From an uncultured Acidobacteriota bacterium (GTDB taxonomy: Bacteria > Acidobacteriota > Terriglobia > Acidiferrales > UBA7541), in assembly GCA_963740095.1 (NCBI GenBank), contig CAVUDN010000042.1, positions 4,295 to 68,294 on the forward strand: a DNA stretch of 64,000 nucleotides, written 5' to 3'. A program made the translations under genes and the position numbers. The notes beneath the pieces are model-generated. The model saw nothing but the letters and a program-made list of their open reading frames with translations. It searched no databases and was not told where the DNA came from. Positions 37,442 through 48,434 of this stretch are shown here, one piece after another. Positions within the stretch are counted from its first letter, which is position 1. Each line of letters starts with the position of its first letter.

Positions 37442-38404
37442 ATGATACTGGCCGGTGATATCGGCGGGACCAAGACCAATCTCGGACTCTTCGACGTCGC
37501 CAGCGGCGCGCTTTCGAAGGTGACGGACAAGCGCTATCCGAGCCGCGAGCACGCGGGCCTGGAAGAGATTGTGAAGGATTTCCTGAGCGTGACCGGCGCG
37601 AAGGTGAGCGCGGCGTCGTTCGGAATCGCGGGCCCGGTAGTGGACAATCAAGTCCACGCGGGGAATCTGCCGTGGGTGATCGATGGCGCGACGATGGCGA
37701 AGCTCGTCGGGCTCTCGCAGGTTCGTCTGATGAACGACCTGGAAGCGGCGGCGCATGGAATTGCCGTCATGCGGCCCCAGGATTTGGAAATGCTCTACGC
37801 GGGCGTTCCCGACCCGCGAACGCATCGCGCGGTGATCGCGGCGGGGACCGGACTTGGCGAGGCGATTCTTTTCTGGGACGGCACGAAGCACATCCCCATG
37901 GCGACCGAGGCCGGCCACGCGGATTTCGCGCCGCACACGGAGCAGCAGGCGGACCTGTGGAGATTCGTGAAGTCGCGCGGCAAATTCGCGAGCGCGGAGC
38001 TCATCCTTTCAGGGCGAGGATTTAAGACCGTGCATGAGTTTCTCGACCCATTCGTGAAACATCCGGGATTTGACGATCCCAAGGTCGATCAAGCGCCCAC
38101 GATCACGCGGCTGGGACTTTCGGGCGAATGCCCGGCGTGCGTCGCGACGCTCGATCTGTGGGTTGAGGTCTACGGCTCGGAGGCGGGGAATCTTGCGGTG
38201 AGGTCTGTCGCGCGGGGCGGCATCTATGTGGCGGGCGGAATCGCGGTGAAGATTCTGCCGAAGATGACGGATGGCCGGTTCGTCGCGGCCGCGCAGCACA
38301 AGGAAAAGATGCAGGATTTTCTCGCGAAGGTTCCGATCCACGTGGTGCTCGACGAGGAATGCCCGCTCAAAGGCGCGGCCTACGCAGGCTGGAAAGGCCT
38401 ATAG
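37442..38404 (+). CDS. glk: Glucokinase
   Basis: MILAGDIGGTKTNLGLF. 320 aa. It lies directly downstream of zwf. Confidence 0.9.
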   Translation: MILAGDIGGTKTNLGLFDVASGALSKVTDKRYPSREHAGLEEIVKDFLSVTGAKVSAASFGIAGPVVDNQVHAGNLPWVIDGATMAKLVGLSQVRLMNDLEAAAHGIAVMRPQDLEMLYAGVPDPRTHRAVIAAGTGLGEAILFWDGTKHIPMATEAGHADFAPHTEQQADLWRFVKSRGKFASAELILSGRGFKTVHEFLDPFVKHPGFDDPKVDQAPTITRLGLSGECPACVATLDLWVEVYGSEAGNLAVRSVARGGIYVAGGIAVKILPKMTDGRFVAAAQHKEKMQDFLAKVPIHVVLDEECPLKGAAYAGWKGL

Positions 38405-38599
38405 GCAGAGCGGGTACCAGCTCGTATAACGTTCGTAGCGGCAGTACTGGAACGCGTCCAGGATTTCTTGCCTAATCATTTTCACACTTGGGCGGATCCT
38501 TACCCACAGTTCTCAAGCATCGGCGCCCCGGCGCCAACCTCTCCTCCGAGAATTCATTGAATCGAAACTGGATAGCTCCCCTGCGAGTCGCGGGCTGTC

Positions 38600-38614
38600 T
38601 GGCACGGAGATTGC
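38600..38614 (+). promoter_or_regulatory. Sigma-54 (-24/-12) promoter element TGGCACGGAGATTGC
   Basis: An exact match to the TGGCAC-N5-TTGC core, about 50 nt upstream of the ATG at 38665. Confidence 0.5.
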
Positions 38615-38664
38615 CGAAACCGTGTCGAGTCTCGAAAGCGTCTCCGCAGGAAGGGGCGGCATCG

Positions 38665-39090
38665 ATGAAGCGATTTCTGGGTCTAACGGTTTTGATTTTG
38701 GGGATGTCCATACCTGCGCACGGCCAATCTGCACGGGGCGCGATGGTGGGCGGCACTGCCGGGGGAGCGTTATCGAATAATGGTGTTGGCGGAGGCGGCG
38801 GCTACGGCGGGTCGGGCGGCGGGATCACCGGCTCGACGAGCTTTCACACGCTGCCGAGTATTCCGCCCGCGAGGCTGCCATCGACTGCCGTGAGCGGCTC
38901 GGACGCCAGCTTCGTGCCGTCAACTTTTCTTCCCTACAATCAGGCGATCGCCGCAGGAGAGGCTATGCTGGACGCCCAGCACGAATCGGTGGCCGAGGCT
39001 GCGGCAAAAAATAGCCTGGTGCACCGGCTACCCGCGAAGGCGACGATTATCGAGAACGCGATCGGGAACCCTGTCATCACTACGCCGTAA
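38665..39090 (+). CDS. Small secreted glycine-rich protein (hypothetical)
   Basis: Signal peptide MKRFLGLTVLILGMSIPAHGQ followed by a GGTAGGALSNNGVGGGGGYGGSGGG tract. A GGAAGGGG SD-like sequence lies upstream. Confidence 0.6.
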   Translation: MKRFLGLTVLILGMSIPAHGQSARGAMVGGTAGGALSNNGVGGGGGYGGSGGGITGSTSFHTLPSIPPARLPSTAVSGSDASFVPSTFLPYNQAIAAGEAMLDAQHESVAEAAAKNSLVHRLPAKATIIENAIGNPVITTP

Positions 39091-39106
39091 CATCTGCTCG
39101 ATTCGA

Positions 39107-39142
39107 CGAACTGGCAGCCGGGCCGAGCCGGCTGCCAGTTCG
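39107..39142 (+). terminator. 15-bp perfect-stem hairpin between convergent genes
   Basis: CGAACTGGCAGCCGG-GCCGAG-CCGGCTGCCAGTTCG. No clear U-tract. Confidence 0.45.
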
Positions 39143-39211
39143 ATACGTGTTACAACTCTCTTCACGCAAGGAATGAACCGCTCGAAGCACGACCGCTGCC
39201 CGAGTCCTTCT

Positions 39212-39262
39212 CACAAAAAGAAACGGCCAACCGGCGGGGGTGGAGGGCGCCGGTTGGCCGTT
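39212..39262 (-). terminator. Rho-independent terminator of the porin gene
   Basis: On the minus strand, a 15-bp stem (AACGGCCAACCGGCG / CGCCGGTTGGCCGTT) with an 11-nt loop is followed by TTCTTTTTGTG. Confidence 0.7.
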
Positions 39263-39309
39263 GATGCTGTGTAGAGCTGCGGCTCCTTCGCGCGGAGCCG
39301 GATGGCTGT

Positions 39310-40818
39310 TTATTTCGCGTTCGCGCTGCTGAACGAGTAGATGAAGCCCAGCGTGGCCGTGTTTTGCTCCTTGACGCTGCCCAGCTGGCCCCTTTGGAAG
39401 ATCGGCTGGTTCGCGAAGTCGTAGCGGTATTCACCCCGAATGAGCAGGGCGCTGGTCAAGTTATACGACCAGTCCGCGGAGACTTCCTGAGCGAAGCCGG
39501 GAGTGCCATTAAGCACACCCGTGTAGCCGTCGGTATCGTCGTAATACTCGTAGCGAACGGCGAAGTTCGTTTTCGGAGTCCACGTGTACTTCGCGTAGCC
39601 CGCGACGCCCCACCAACTCACCGCAGGGGCGTTGGTGCAATCTACTGGAAGCGCTGCTGGGGTCACGGCGTAGTCGTTGTAGCAGGTGATCCCGGGGCGC
39701 GGACCGAAGCCGTAGTCGCCGTTCAATACGAACGCCCACTTGGCATTCGGGGTGTAGGAGATGACCGTGTCCGAAAGCTGCTTCCAGTCGGTCACGATCT
39801 TGTTGGTGTCAGAATATTGGTCGACGATCGGTCCAGCCATGTAGTTTTGTGTCAAAGACCACTTGGCATTCGGCGTCCAAGCCAAGCTCAAGCCGTACGT
39901 CAGCCCTGAACTTTGCCCGTAATTGTATTGTTGGATGACCGTGTTGTTCCAGCCGTTGACGAGGTAACCCGTGAGAGCCACCTTGCTGTTAAAGGCGTAC
40001 TTGGCGCTCGCGCCAAAATGGAAGTAGGGGATCGCGTAGTAGAAGAGAATCCCGCGTGAATAGTTCCAGTTGGCGTTGCTTTCGATCACCTCGGCGCCGA
40101 ACGGCGTGACGAATTTGCCGACGGTGACCGTCAGCCCCTTGCCGATCGGAGCAAGGTAGTCAACGTACGCTTCCTTGACGTAGAAGTTGCTGGGGTAGTA
40201 GCCGATAAACGCTGGGTTGTCGGAGCCGTTTACCACCTTGGCAGCCTGCCCGTAGCCGACGGCGACGTGGTAACCGAGCCTGCTTTCGGCCGATGTTGCG
40301 TCACCCGCTTTGTCCAAGATCAGTTCGGCCATGTTGAAGCCGAAACCGTTTGTGGGCCCGTCGAAGAAGCGCAAGCCGCTGCTGTTGTTGCCTGGATGAT
40401 TGTAGTTGTACCCGTAGTAGACGTCGCCGAAACCGCTCAACGTCACGGGGCCAAGCAGACCAGCCAGGTTGATCTTGTCGTCTGGAGTTGGCAGGGGCGC
40501 GCTTACGGGAGCGCTTGCGGGCTCCACGTACGCGGCCGTCTTCATGCTCGGAGTGTCGCTCTCCTTCAATGCAGTGATCTCCGCCTGCAAAGCCTCGACT
40601 TCTTTTTCTAAATCTGCCAACCGCTGCGTCTCCGAAGACGCAGATGAACTCGAAGCCGGCTGTGCTGGGGCCGACGAAGCTGCAGCCGGTGGGGCCGCGG
40701 CCGATGAGGGTGTAGCAGGTGGATCATCTGCTGCCCTCGAAGCTGGCGCCCAGGCGACAAAACCTACCGCTAACATGGCCATGGCGAAGCTCGAAGCACA
40801 CTTGTACGCACGTTTCAT
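39310..40818 (-). CDS. Outer-membrane beta-barrel porin-like protein with an N-terminal coiled coil
   Basis: Signal peptide, an Ala/Ser/Pro linker, the coiled coil LADLEKEVEALQAEITALKE, then about 400 aa of alternating aromatic/Gly beta-strand pattern. ATG at 40818 with GGGAGGGAAGG upstream. Confidence 0.65.
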   Translation of the reverse strand: MKRAYKCASSFAMAMLAVGFVAWAPASRAADDPPATPSSAAAPPAAASSAPAQPASSSSASSETQRLADLEKEVEALQAEITALKESDTPSMKTAAYVEPASAPVSAPLPTPDDKINLAGLLGPVTLSGFGDVYYGYNYNHPGNNSSGLRFFDGPTNGFGFNMAELILDKAGDATSAESRLGYHVAVGYGQAAKVVNGSDNPAFIGYYPSNFYVKEAYVDYLAPIGKGLTVTVGKFVTPFGAEVIESNANWNYSRGILFYYAIPYFHFGASAKYAFNSKVALTGYLVNGWNNTVIQQYNYGQSSGLTYGLSLAWTPNAKWSLTQNYMAGPIVDQYSDTNKIVTDWKQLSDTVISYTPNAKWAFVLNGDYGFGPRPGITCYNDYAVTPAALPVDCTNAPAVSWWGVAGYAKYTWTPKTNFAVRYEYYDDTDGYTGVLNGTPGFAQEVSADWSYNLTSALLIRGEYRYDFANQPIFQRGQLGSVKEQNTATLGFIYSFSSANAK

Positions 40819-41029
40819 AAGCAAACCTTCCCTCCCTACCGCGCTATCTCGGTTTTCATGGATTCGCGACGGTGCCAAGCAAATTACAGACGCTTTGCTG
40901 AATGGTCAAACTCATTAAATCTATTGAAGGCATAAGGAAATAAACTGCGGCGCATTTATAAAATCCTTATGGCCGCGCAGCGGTGTTTTTCCCCTGATTT
41001 TTTGCGGGTTCCGGACGAAGGGAACGGCG

Positions 41030-41926
41030 TCAGTGCTTCGCGACGAGCAGAAGAAGCCCGAAAACAATGATCGGGATCAGCGCCAGCATGATGTAGAAGA
41101 GGATTCGCCGCACCCAGGGAGTGCGCCGCGTTTTCCAATCGTGAAGCTCAGGGCGTTCCGAAACGCCTACCTGGTCGATGTGCTCGAGGTCGGAGGCCAT
41201 TTCCCGGGCGTTCGGATACCGATTCTTCGGGTCGCGCTCGATGGCGCGGTAAATCACCTCTTGCAACTGCGGCGAGATCGACGCGTCGAGTTCGCGCGGC
41301 GGAATCGGATTGTTCAAGAGGCGGTCGTTCATGATGGCGAAGGGATTTGGCCCTTGAAACGGCGTCTTGCCGGTGAGCATTTCGTAGAGCATCACGCCAA
41401 GCGCGTAGACATCGCTCCGGCCGTCGCCGCGCTTGCCCCTGACCTGCTCGGGCGAGATGTAGTCGGGCGTTCCCATCACATTCGAAAGCTTCGCGAACGT
41501 CAGACGCCGCGCGCCTTCCTTGCCCGCAATCCCAAAATCGATGAGTTTGACGTTGTCGTCCTTGTCGACCATGATGTTTTCCGGCTTGAGGTCGCGGTGA
41601 ACCACGCCGTGATTGTGGATGTAGTCGAGCGCGTGAGCGATGTTGATGACGAGCCGCTTGGCGCGCTCCACCGGGAGCTTCTTCGCCTCGGACATGATCT
41701 GGCGAAGCAGGCGGCCGTCGACCCACTCCATCACCATGTACTGGCGGCTGCGGTCCGCGTCCGCGTAGACCTTCATCACTCCCGGATGATCGAGGCTCGT
41801 ACCAATTTCCTGTTCGCGCTTGAAGCGGTCGTAGAGGACCGGCTCGGCTTCCATCTCGGGATGGGGAATCTTGAGGGCTACTTGCCGGCCATCACGGATA
41901 TCCGTTGCACGGTAGATGGAGGCCAT
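41030..41926 (-). CDS. Ser/Thr protein kinase (Hanks type) with a C-terminal TM anchor; N-terminus problematic
   Basis: VALKIPH, HRDLKPENIM, DFGIA and GTPDYISPE motifs. The first canonical start (41926) falls inside the Gly-loop region. Confidence 0.85.
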   Translation of the reverse strand: MASIYRATDIRDGRQVALKIPHPEMEAEPVLYDRFKREQEIGTSLDHPGVMKVYADADRSRQYMVMEWVDGRLLRQIMSEAKKLPVERAKRLVINIAHALDYIHNHGVVHRDLKPENIMVDKDDNVKLIDFGIAGKEGARRLTFAKLSNVMGTPDYISPEQVRGKRGDGRSDVYALGVMLYEMLTGKTPFQGPNPFAIMNDRLLNNPIPPRELDASISPQLQEVIYRAIERDPKNRYPNAREMASDLEHIDQVGVSERPELHDWKTRRTPWVRRILFYIMLALIPIIVFGLLLLVAKH

Positions 41927-42035
41927 GCCGCTGCGGGCGACGAGGCTTTCGATTCGGTAGTGATCGAGTTGGTCGCCGGGGTGGACTGGAAACCTCGCGA
42001 GCAGGCGTCAGGCGAAGACCGGCGGCGTGTCAGGC

Positions 42036-42917
42036 TTAAGGGAGACGATAGGGCCGTCCCCGGTACATCCCGACACGTTCGACGCCCCGGACGCGAATTA
42101 TCTGCAGCGAGATATTATCACTACCGTCTCGCTGATTCGCAATATCCACAAGGCGCTGCGCTGCTTTTTGCAACTCCGCGCCGTTGCCTGCGACCGCGGC
42201 CATCTCGGAGCCGGGGACGGAGCCGTGGAGCCCGTCGGAGCAGAGGACGAGCACATCGCCGACAAGCACCTGATGCTCGGAGACGTCAACGTTCACGGTG
42301 AGCGCCGACCCGAGCGAGCGGCTCAGAAGATGCCGGGTTTCCGCGCTGCCTGCCTCCGCCGACGAAATCAGGCCCATGCGCACGTGCTCGCTCGCCACAG
42401 TGTGGTCACGCGTGAGGAGGGTCGCCTGGCCCCGGCGGATCAGGTAACAGCGGGAATCGCCCACGTGCGCTACCGCGACTCGATCGTGCCGCAATGCGCA
42501 GGCCACGATAGTCGTGGCCATCCGGGAGCCTGCCGGATTGGCGTCGTGTCCGGCCTCGATCACACGCACGTTGGCCGTGCGAACCAAGCCCGTGAGGAGC
42601 GCCGGATGCAGCTCCCCGGCGCTGGACTTGCGAAAGCCCTCAAGAACGCTCTCGACGGCTGTCTTCGAAGCGACCTCGCCGAGATCGTGGCCGCCGACGC
42701 CGTCGGCAAGCACGAAAAGGTAACCGTGGCTGCGAGCTCGTTCCGGCGTATCGGGCGCGACGTGGCCGAGGTAGTCCTCGTTGCCTTGGCGGACGCGCCC
42801 GAGATCCGAGAGTTCTGCGAACTCGACATCGATCATATCGCTTGGTTCCGTGGCGTACCTTGCCACCGCAGTGGCGGCAGCGGCACCGGAGGACGACACG
42901 CTAAGACCTCTATACAT
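42036..42917 (-). CDS. PP2C-family Ser/Thr phosphatase
   Basis: LSDLGRVRQGNEDY, FVLADGVGGH, LLCSDGL and the C-terminal DGSDNIS motif. The start could alternatively be 42836. Confidence 0.9.
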   Translation of the reverse strand: MYRGLSVSSSGAAAATAVARYATEPSDMIDVEFAELSDLGRVRQGNEDYLGHVAPDTPERARSHGYLFVLADGVGGHDLGEVASKTAVESVLEGFRKSSAGELHPALLTGLVRTANVRVIEAGHDANPAGSRMATTIVACALRHDRVAVAHVGDSRCYLIRRGQATLLTRDHTVASEHVRMGLISSAEAGSAETRHLLSRSLGSALTVNVDVSEHQVLVGDVLVLCSDGLHGSVPGSEMAAVAGNGAELQKAAQRLVDIANQRDGSDNISLQIIRVRGVERVGMYRGRPYRLP

Positions 42918-42964
42918 TAGAACTCATCCCTCGCTAAAGAATAAAGCGCCTTCCCAAAGACAAA

Positions 42965-42986
42965 GGGGCGGGCTTGCGCCCGCCCC
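42965..42986 (-). terminator. GC hairpin GGGGCGGGC-TTGC-GCCCGCCCC downstream of the permease gene; a REP-like word
   Basis: 9-bp perfect stem 22 nt after the stop at 43008. On the minus strand it is followed by CTTTGTCTTTGGG. Confidence 0.4.
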
Positions 42987-43007
42987 TGTTGACGTTTTTT
43001 TCGGCTA

Positions 43008-44783
43008 TCAAGTGCGAGCCGTCACCAGCGTCGTCTTTCCCTTCTTCTTGCTTGCCATGGTGAAGTAGATACCGCCGTAGATGGCCCAGACCGCGGCGAT
43101 TCCCAGGGCCAGGTAAGGCTCCATTTTCGTGCCGTAACCCATGAACGGCCCGATCAGGTAGAACGACATGCATACCAGGTTCGCTACGACTCCGAACGCT
43201 GGGATGAGCCAGTGCTTGAGGAAGCTGAAGTTCGGGTGCTTATGGTAAGCCACCATGCAAACTACGCAGCTGAGACCATAGAGCAGGAACGTCCCGAAGT
43301 TCGACGCTAAGGTCACCGTGGTGAAGGTATTCGGCAGCGCCGCCATTTTGTCGTGAGTGAGGTAGCCGAAGCTCGACCAGAACCCGTGAGGCAGGGCTGC
43401 GATCGTGGCGTCGCTTGGAGCGCCGGCGTCTCCGAACACCATCAGCAATCCAATAATGCCGAAGATGATCGAGACAATCGCCAGCGTCCAGATGGCCCTG
43501 TGCGGGCTCAGGTTCTTTTCATGCAGGATGCCGAAGTGCTCCGGCACTTCTTCGTCCTTGCCCATCGCGTAGGTGACGCGAGCTCCGGTGTTGATGCAGG
43601 AGAGCGTCGTGCCGATAAGGGCGAGGAAGACCGTGACGGCTTCGATCAACATGAACGCCCGGCCGTGGCCCGGTCCGAAGATCGAGTCGCCGATCATCAC
43701 CATCATGTCGGCGATCGGAGCAGCCGAGCCGGAAGCGCTTTGCATCGAGTAGCCGCTACTTAAAGCATAGTTTGTCGCGAAATACTCGAAGAGATAGCAG
43801 AAGGCGCCTTGAACGAGCAGCGACGTGATGACCGCGATGGGGATGTCGTGCTTTGCGTTTTTGGCCTCGCCACCCAGCGATGTACACGATTCGAATCCCA
43901 CGAGAATCAGGATCGCGACCGTTGCTTGAACGAACATCCAGCCGAATTTGTGGATGCCAAGCACCGATTTGGCGCCGCCCGGATGACTGAGGAAGTTCCC
44001 GCTCGCATCGTTCCACGGGTAGCTGATGTGGTAGGGAACGATCGCGCCGGAAGCGTCCTTCTTGCATACCGGGGCCATGGTTGCGTCACGGACGATATTG
44101 TTCTGCGCGTCCATCTGAAACTCGCAGTTGTACGCGTCACCCGACGTCGCATCCCACTGCCAGGCAACGCTCCCGGCAGGGTGGTTCATCCGGTAGCCGA
44201 TCGCCATCACGGAGAAGACCAGGAGGGCCGAGATTTGGATCACGTTGATGGCGACGCTCACCGCCGTTGATCCTGTCACGCCGCGGTGCGCGATATAGGA
44301 GACGCCGAGCGTGAAAATCACCGCCACGAGGATCATGAACGCGGGGCCAGGATTGGAAGCGCTCATGAAGTTGGGCCAGAGCGTGCCAACGACGTAACCC
44401 ACGAAGAGTCCCGTCGCTGTGACCATAACGCCGGGGTAGATCCAGTAGTACAGATGCGAGCCCCAGCCGACAATGAACTTCATCAGACGGGCGTACTTCC
44501 ATGCTTTGTCATGATTCAAAAACGCCTGCTCCGCGAAGTAGTATGAACTCCCAGTGCCGGGGTATAGCTTTGCCAATTCCGCGTAAGACACGGCGGTCGC
44601 AAGACAAAGCAACAGCGCGAACAGGATCCCGATCCACATCGACGGGGAGGTTGAGCCCTCCGTCGCCTGCGCGTAGAAGGTGAGCCAAAGGAAGGCGCCG
44701 GGTGCGATCAACGCCATCGCGTTCATCGTGAGCCCGGTCAATCCCAGGGTCTGCTTCATCTCACCCGTGGTTTTCTCGGCCAT
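43008..44783 (-). CDS. APC-superfamily amino acid/polyamine permease
   Basis: 591 aa with about 12-14 hydrophobic segments. N-terminus LGLTGLTMNAMALIAPGAF. SD AAAGGAGA upstream. Confidence 0.85.
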   Translation of the reverse strand: MAEKTTGEMKQTLGLTGLTMNAMALIAPGAFLWLTFYAQATEGSTSPSMWIGILFALLLCLATAVSYAELAKLYPGTGSSYYFAEQAFLNHDKAWKYARLMKFIVGWGSHLYYWIYPGVMVTATGLFVGYVVGTLWPNFMSASNPGPAFMILVAVIFTLGVSYIAHRGVTGSTAVSVAINVIQISALLVFSVMAIGYRMNHPAGSVAWQWDATSGDAYNCEFQMDAQNNIVRDATMAPVCKKDASGAIVPYHISYPWNDASGNFLSHPGGAKSVLGIHKFGWMFVQATVAILILVGFESCTSLGGEAKNAKHDIPIAVITSLLVQGAFCYLFEYFATNYALSSGYSMQSASGSAAPIADMMVMIGDSIFGPGHGRAFMLIEAVTVFLALIGTTLSCINTGARVTYAMGKDEEVPEHFGILHEKNLSPHRAIWTLAIVSIIFGIIGLLMVFGDAGAPSDATIAALPHGFWSSFGYLTHDKMAALPNTFTTVTLASNFGTFLLYGLSCVVCMVAYHKHPNFSFLKHWLIPAFGVVANLVCMSFYLIGPFMGYGTKMEPYLALGIAAVWAIYGGIYFTMASKKKGKTTLVTART

Positions 44784-45107
44784 TTAAACTCTCCTTTGAA
44801 GAGTGGGGACAACAAGACTTGAGGGCCGGAGATTATACGGAAGTATGAGATTCGTAAAATGCAACGTTTTGATGCAGGGGATAGATGTTTCAAATGCTGA
44901 AACGTCGAAGTATCGAGTTCCGGTTTGGAACTCGCTTTGCGTGGCTGTGGATGGCCGCGTTGTCCCCGCGCATCTCGCTTTGTTGCGGCAGCAGAGGCGC
45001 CGATAAACGGGAGCGATGCCCTTGCATCGTCGTGCCTCCCTGCTAGTATGTTCGGATGACTTTTCTCCGGGACCTGCCCGTCCGAGAGGCGGGAATTCCA
45101 GCTAGAA

Positions 45108-46451
<1,344 letters not shown>

Positions 46452-46643
46452 GCAGTGGGCTCGGGCGCCAGAGCGCGAAAGACAGCCAGATTCGGCTTTT
46501 CTTGGCCATGTAAGCCTGGTTTAAGGCCCCGACGGCAGCAACATTGTTGCTCCCAGCGGAACAGATTTGGCGAACGTCCAAAAGGCATGCAGAAAATGGT
46601 GGCGGCGATTGGCAGCTTCTAGCCGCTCGTCACTCGGAGGCAA

Positions 46644-48434
46644 GTGCCATTGCTCGACTCACTCGGAAATCTGAAGCGGACACAATATTGCGGCGCTTTG
46701 CGCGCGTCGGACGCGGACAAAGATGTCGTCCTGATGGGCTGGGTGCACCGGCGGCGCGATCTTGGCCAGCTGATCTTCATCGACCTGCGCGACCGCGCGG
46801 GTATTGCGCAGATCGTGTTCAACAAGGAGCTGCACTCCGAGGCGCACGCGAAGGCCGAGGGCCTGCGATCGGAGTTCGTGGTCGCGGTCGAAGGACGCGT
46901 CCTGCGTAGGCAGAAATCGAATCCCGAAATCGCCACCGGCGAGGTCGAGGTGCTAGCCACGCGCCTGCACGTGTTGAACAACTCGAAGACGCCGCCTTTC
47001 GCGATCGAAGACGAAGTGACTGCGAGCGAGGAGACGCGGCTGCGCTACCGCTATCTCGATTTGCGCCGCCCGCGGCTGCATTCGAATATCGAGCTGCGGC
47101 ACCGCATCGTCCTCGAAATCCGCAAATCGCTCGACGAGCAGGGCTTCTTCGAGATCGAGACGCCAATGCTCACGCGCTCGACGCCCGAAGGCGCGCGCGA
47201 CTATCTCGTGCCGAGCCGCGTCCATCACGGGCAGTTTTACGCGCTGCCGCAGTCGCCGCAGATCTTCAAGCAGATCCTGATGATCTCCGGCATGGACCGC
47301 TACTACCAGATCGTCCGCTGCTTTCGCGACGAGGATTTGCGCGCCGACCGGCAGCCCGAATTCACGCAGCTCGATCTGGAAATGTCGTTTCCGCGCCAGC
47401 AGGATATTTTCGAGGCGATCGAGCGTGTGATGGAGCGCGCGTGCGCAGTCGTTGGCGTGACGGCAAAGGGCCCGTTCCGTCACCTCGATTACAAGGACGC
47501 GATGCGCCGCTTCGGCTCGGACAAGCCCGACCTGCGATTTGGCATGGAACTGCACAACGTGACGCAGCACTTCGAGCCCGCGCGGGCCGTGTTGCATATC
47601 GAAGGCAACGTGCAGGCTGTGGTCGCACCCGGCGCGGCAGCCTGGTCTCGCAAGCAGCTCGACGAACTGGCCGAATTCGCGAAAGGCGCGGGCGCTCGCG
47701 GCGTCTATACGGTGAAAGTGACGGCTGAGGGAATTACGTCGCCGCTCGAGAAAAATCTCAGCGCCGAAGGACTGAGGAAATTGGCGGCGGAATTGGGCGC
47801 GGCACCGGGCGACTTGATCGTCGCCGTCGCGGCCAAAGAACAGATCGAGCATAGCGATACCTCGCTCGGCATCGCGGGCCAGCTCCGCTTGCACCTCGGC
47901 GACAAATTGAATCTGATCGATCGCAGCAAATGGGAGTTTCTCTGGATCACCGGCTTCGCGCTTTTCGAATGGAGCGATACGGATAAGCGCTGGGTAAGCG
48001 CGCAGCATCCGTTCACCGGGATCATCGAAGAGGACATCGAGAAGCTTGAAACCGCGCCGTGGGAGTGCCGTTCGAAGGGGTACGATCTCGTTCTCAATGG
48101 CAACGAGCTCGGATCGGGCAGCATTCGAATTCACCGGCAGGACGTGCAGGCGCGCCTTTTCAAGGCGCTCGGCCTCACGGACGAGCAGGCGCGACATCGC
48201 TTCGGCTTCTTCCTCGATGCGCTCACCTACGGGACGCCACCCCACGGCGGCATCGCGCTCGGCATCGACCGCATCGCCATGCTGCTCGCGCAGGAGAAAT
48301 CGCTGCGCGAGGTGATCGCCTTCCCGAAAACCGCCAAGGCGCAGGATTTGATGGCGGAATCGCCGTCCGACGTCGATGCTGCGCAACTTGATGAATTGGG
48401 AATCAAAATCAGCGAGAATGTCCGCAAGCAATGA
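46644..48434 (+). CDS. aspS: Aspartate--tRNA ligase
   Basis: GWVHRRRDLGQLIFIDLRDRAGI, LPQSPQIFKQ, FRDEDLRADRQPEF and GGIALGIDR motifs. GTG start. Confidence 0.95.
   Translation: MPLLDSLGNLKRTQYCGALRASDADKDVVLMGWVHRRRDLGQLIFIDLRDRAGIAQIVFNKELHSEAHAKAEGLRSEFVVAVEGRVLRRQKSNPEIATGEVEVLATRLHVLNNSKTPPFAIEDEVTASEETRLRYRYLDLRRPRLHSNIELRHRIVLEIRKSLDEQGFFEIETPMLTRSTPEGARDYLVPSRVHHGQFYALPQSPQIFKQILMISGMDRYYQIVRCFRDEDLRADRQPEFTQLDLEMSFPRQQDIFEAIERVMERACAVVGVTAKGPFRHLDYKDAMRRFGSDKPDLRFGMELHNVTQHFEPARAVLHIEGNVQAVVAPGAAAWSRKQLDELAEFAKGAGARGVYTVKVTAEGITSPLEKNLSAEGLRKLAAELGAAPGDLIVAVAAKEQIEHSDTSLGIAGQLRLHLGDKLNLIDRSKWEFLWITGFALFEWSDTDKRWVSAQHPFTGIIEEDIEKLETAPWECRSKGYDLVLNGNELGSGSIRIHRQDVQARLFKALGLTDEQARHRFGFFLDALTYGTPPHGGIALGIDRIAMLLAQEKSLREVIAFPKTAKAQDLMAESPSDVDAAQLDELGIKISENVRKQ

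Noticed and set aside
41033-42301. 422-aa plus-strand ORF; similar cases at 55444-56655 +, 30470-31570 -, 22056-23126 + and 52788-53288 -
   Set aside because: All lie antisense to confidently identified genes (kinase/PP2C, lon, VAO flavoprotein, S53 protease, DUF885). They have shadow-ORF composition.
44784-45107. A possible riboswitch or leader upstream of the APC permease. There are two short hairpins and a TATAAT on the minus strand at 44832-44837.
   Set aside because: I could not recognise any conserved riboswitch core (glycine, lysine, TPP, SAM and others). The hairpins are short and the -35 spacing is poor.
46953-48431. 492-aa minus-strand ORF
   Set aside because: It lies antisense to aspS (clear class II tRNA-ligase motifs). 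It is a shadow ORF.
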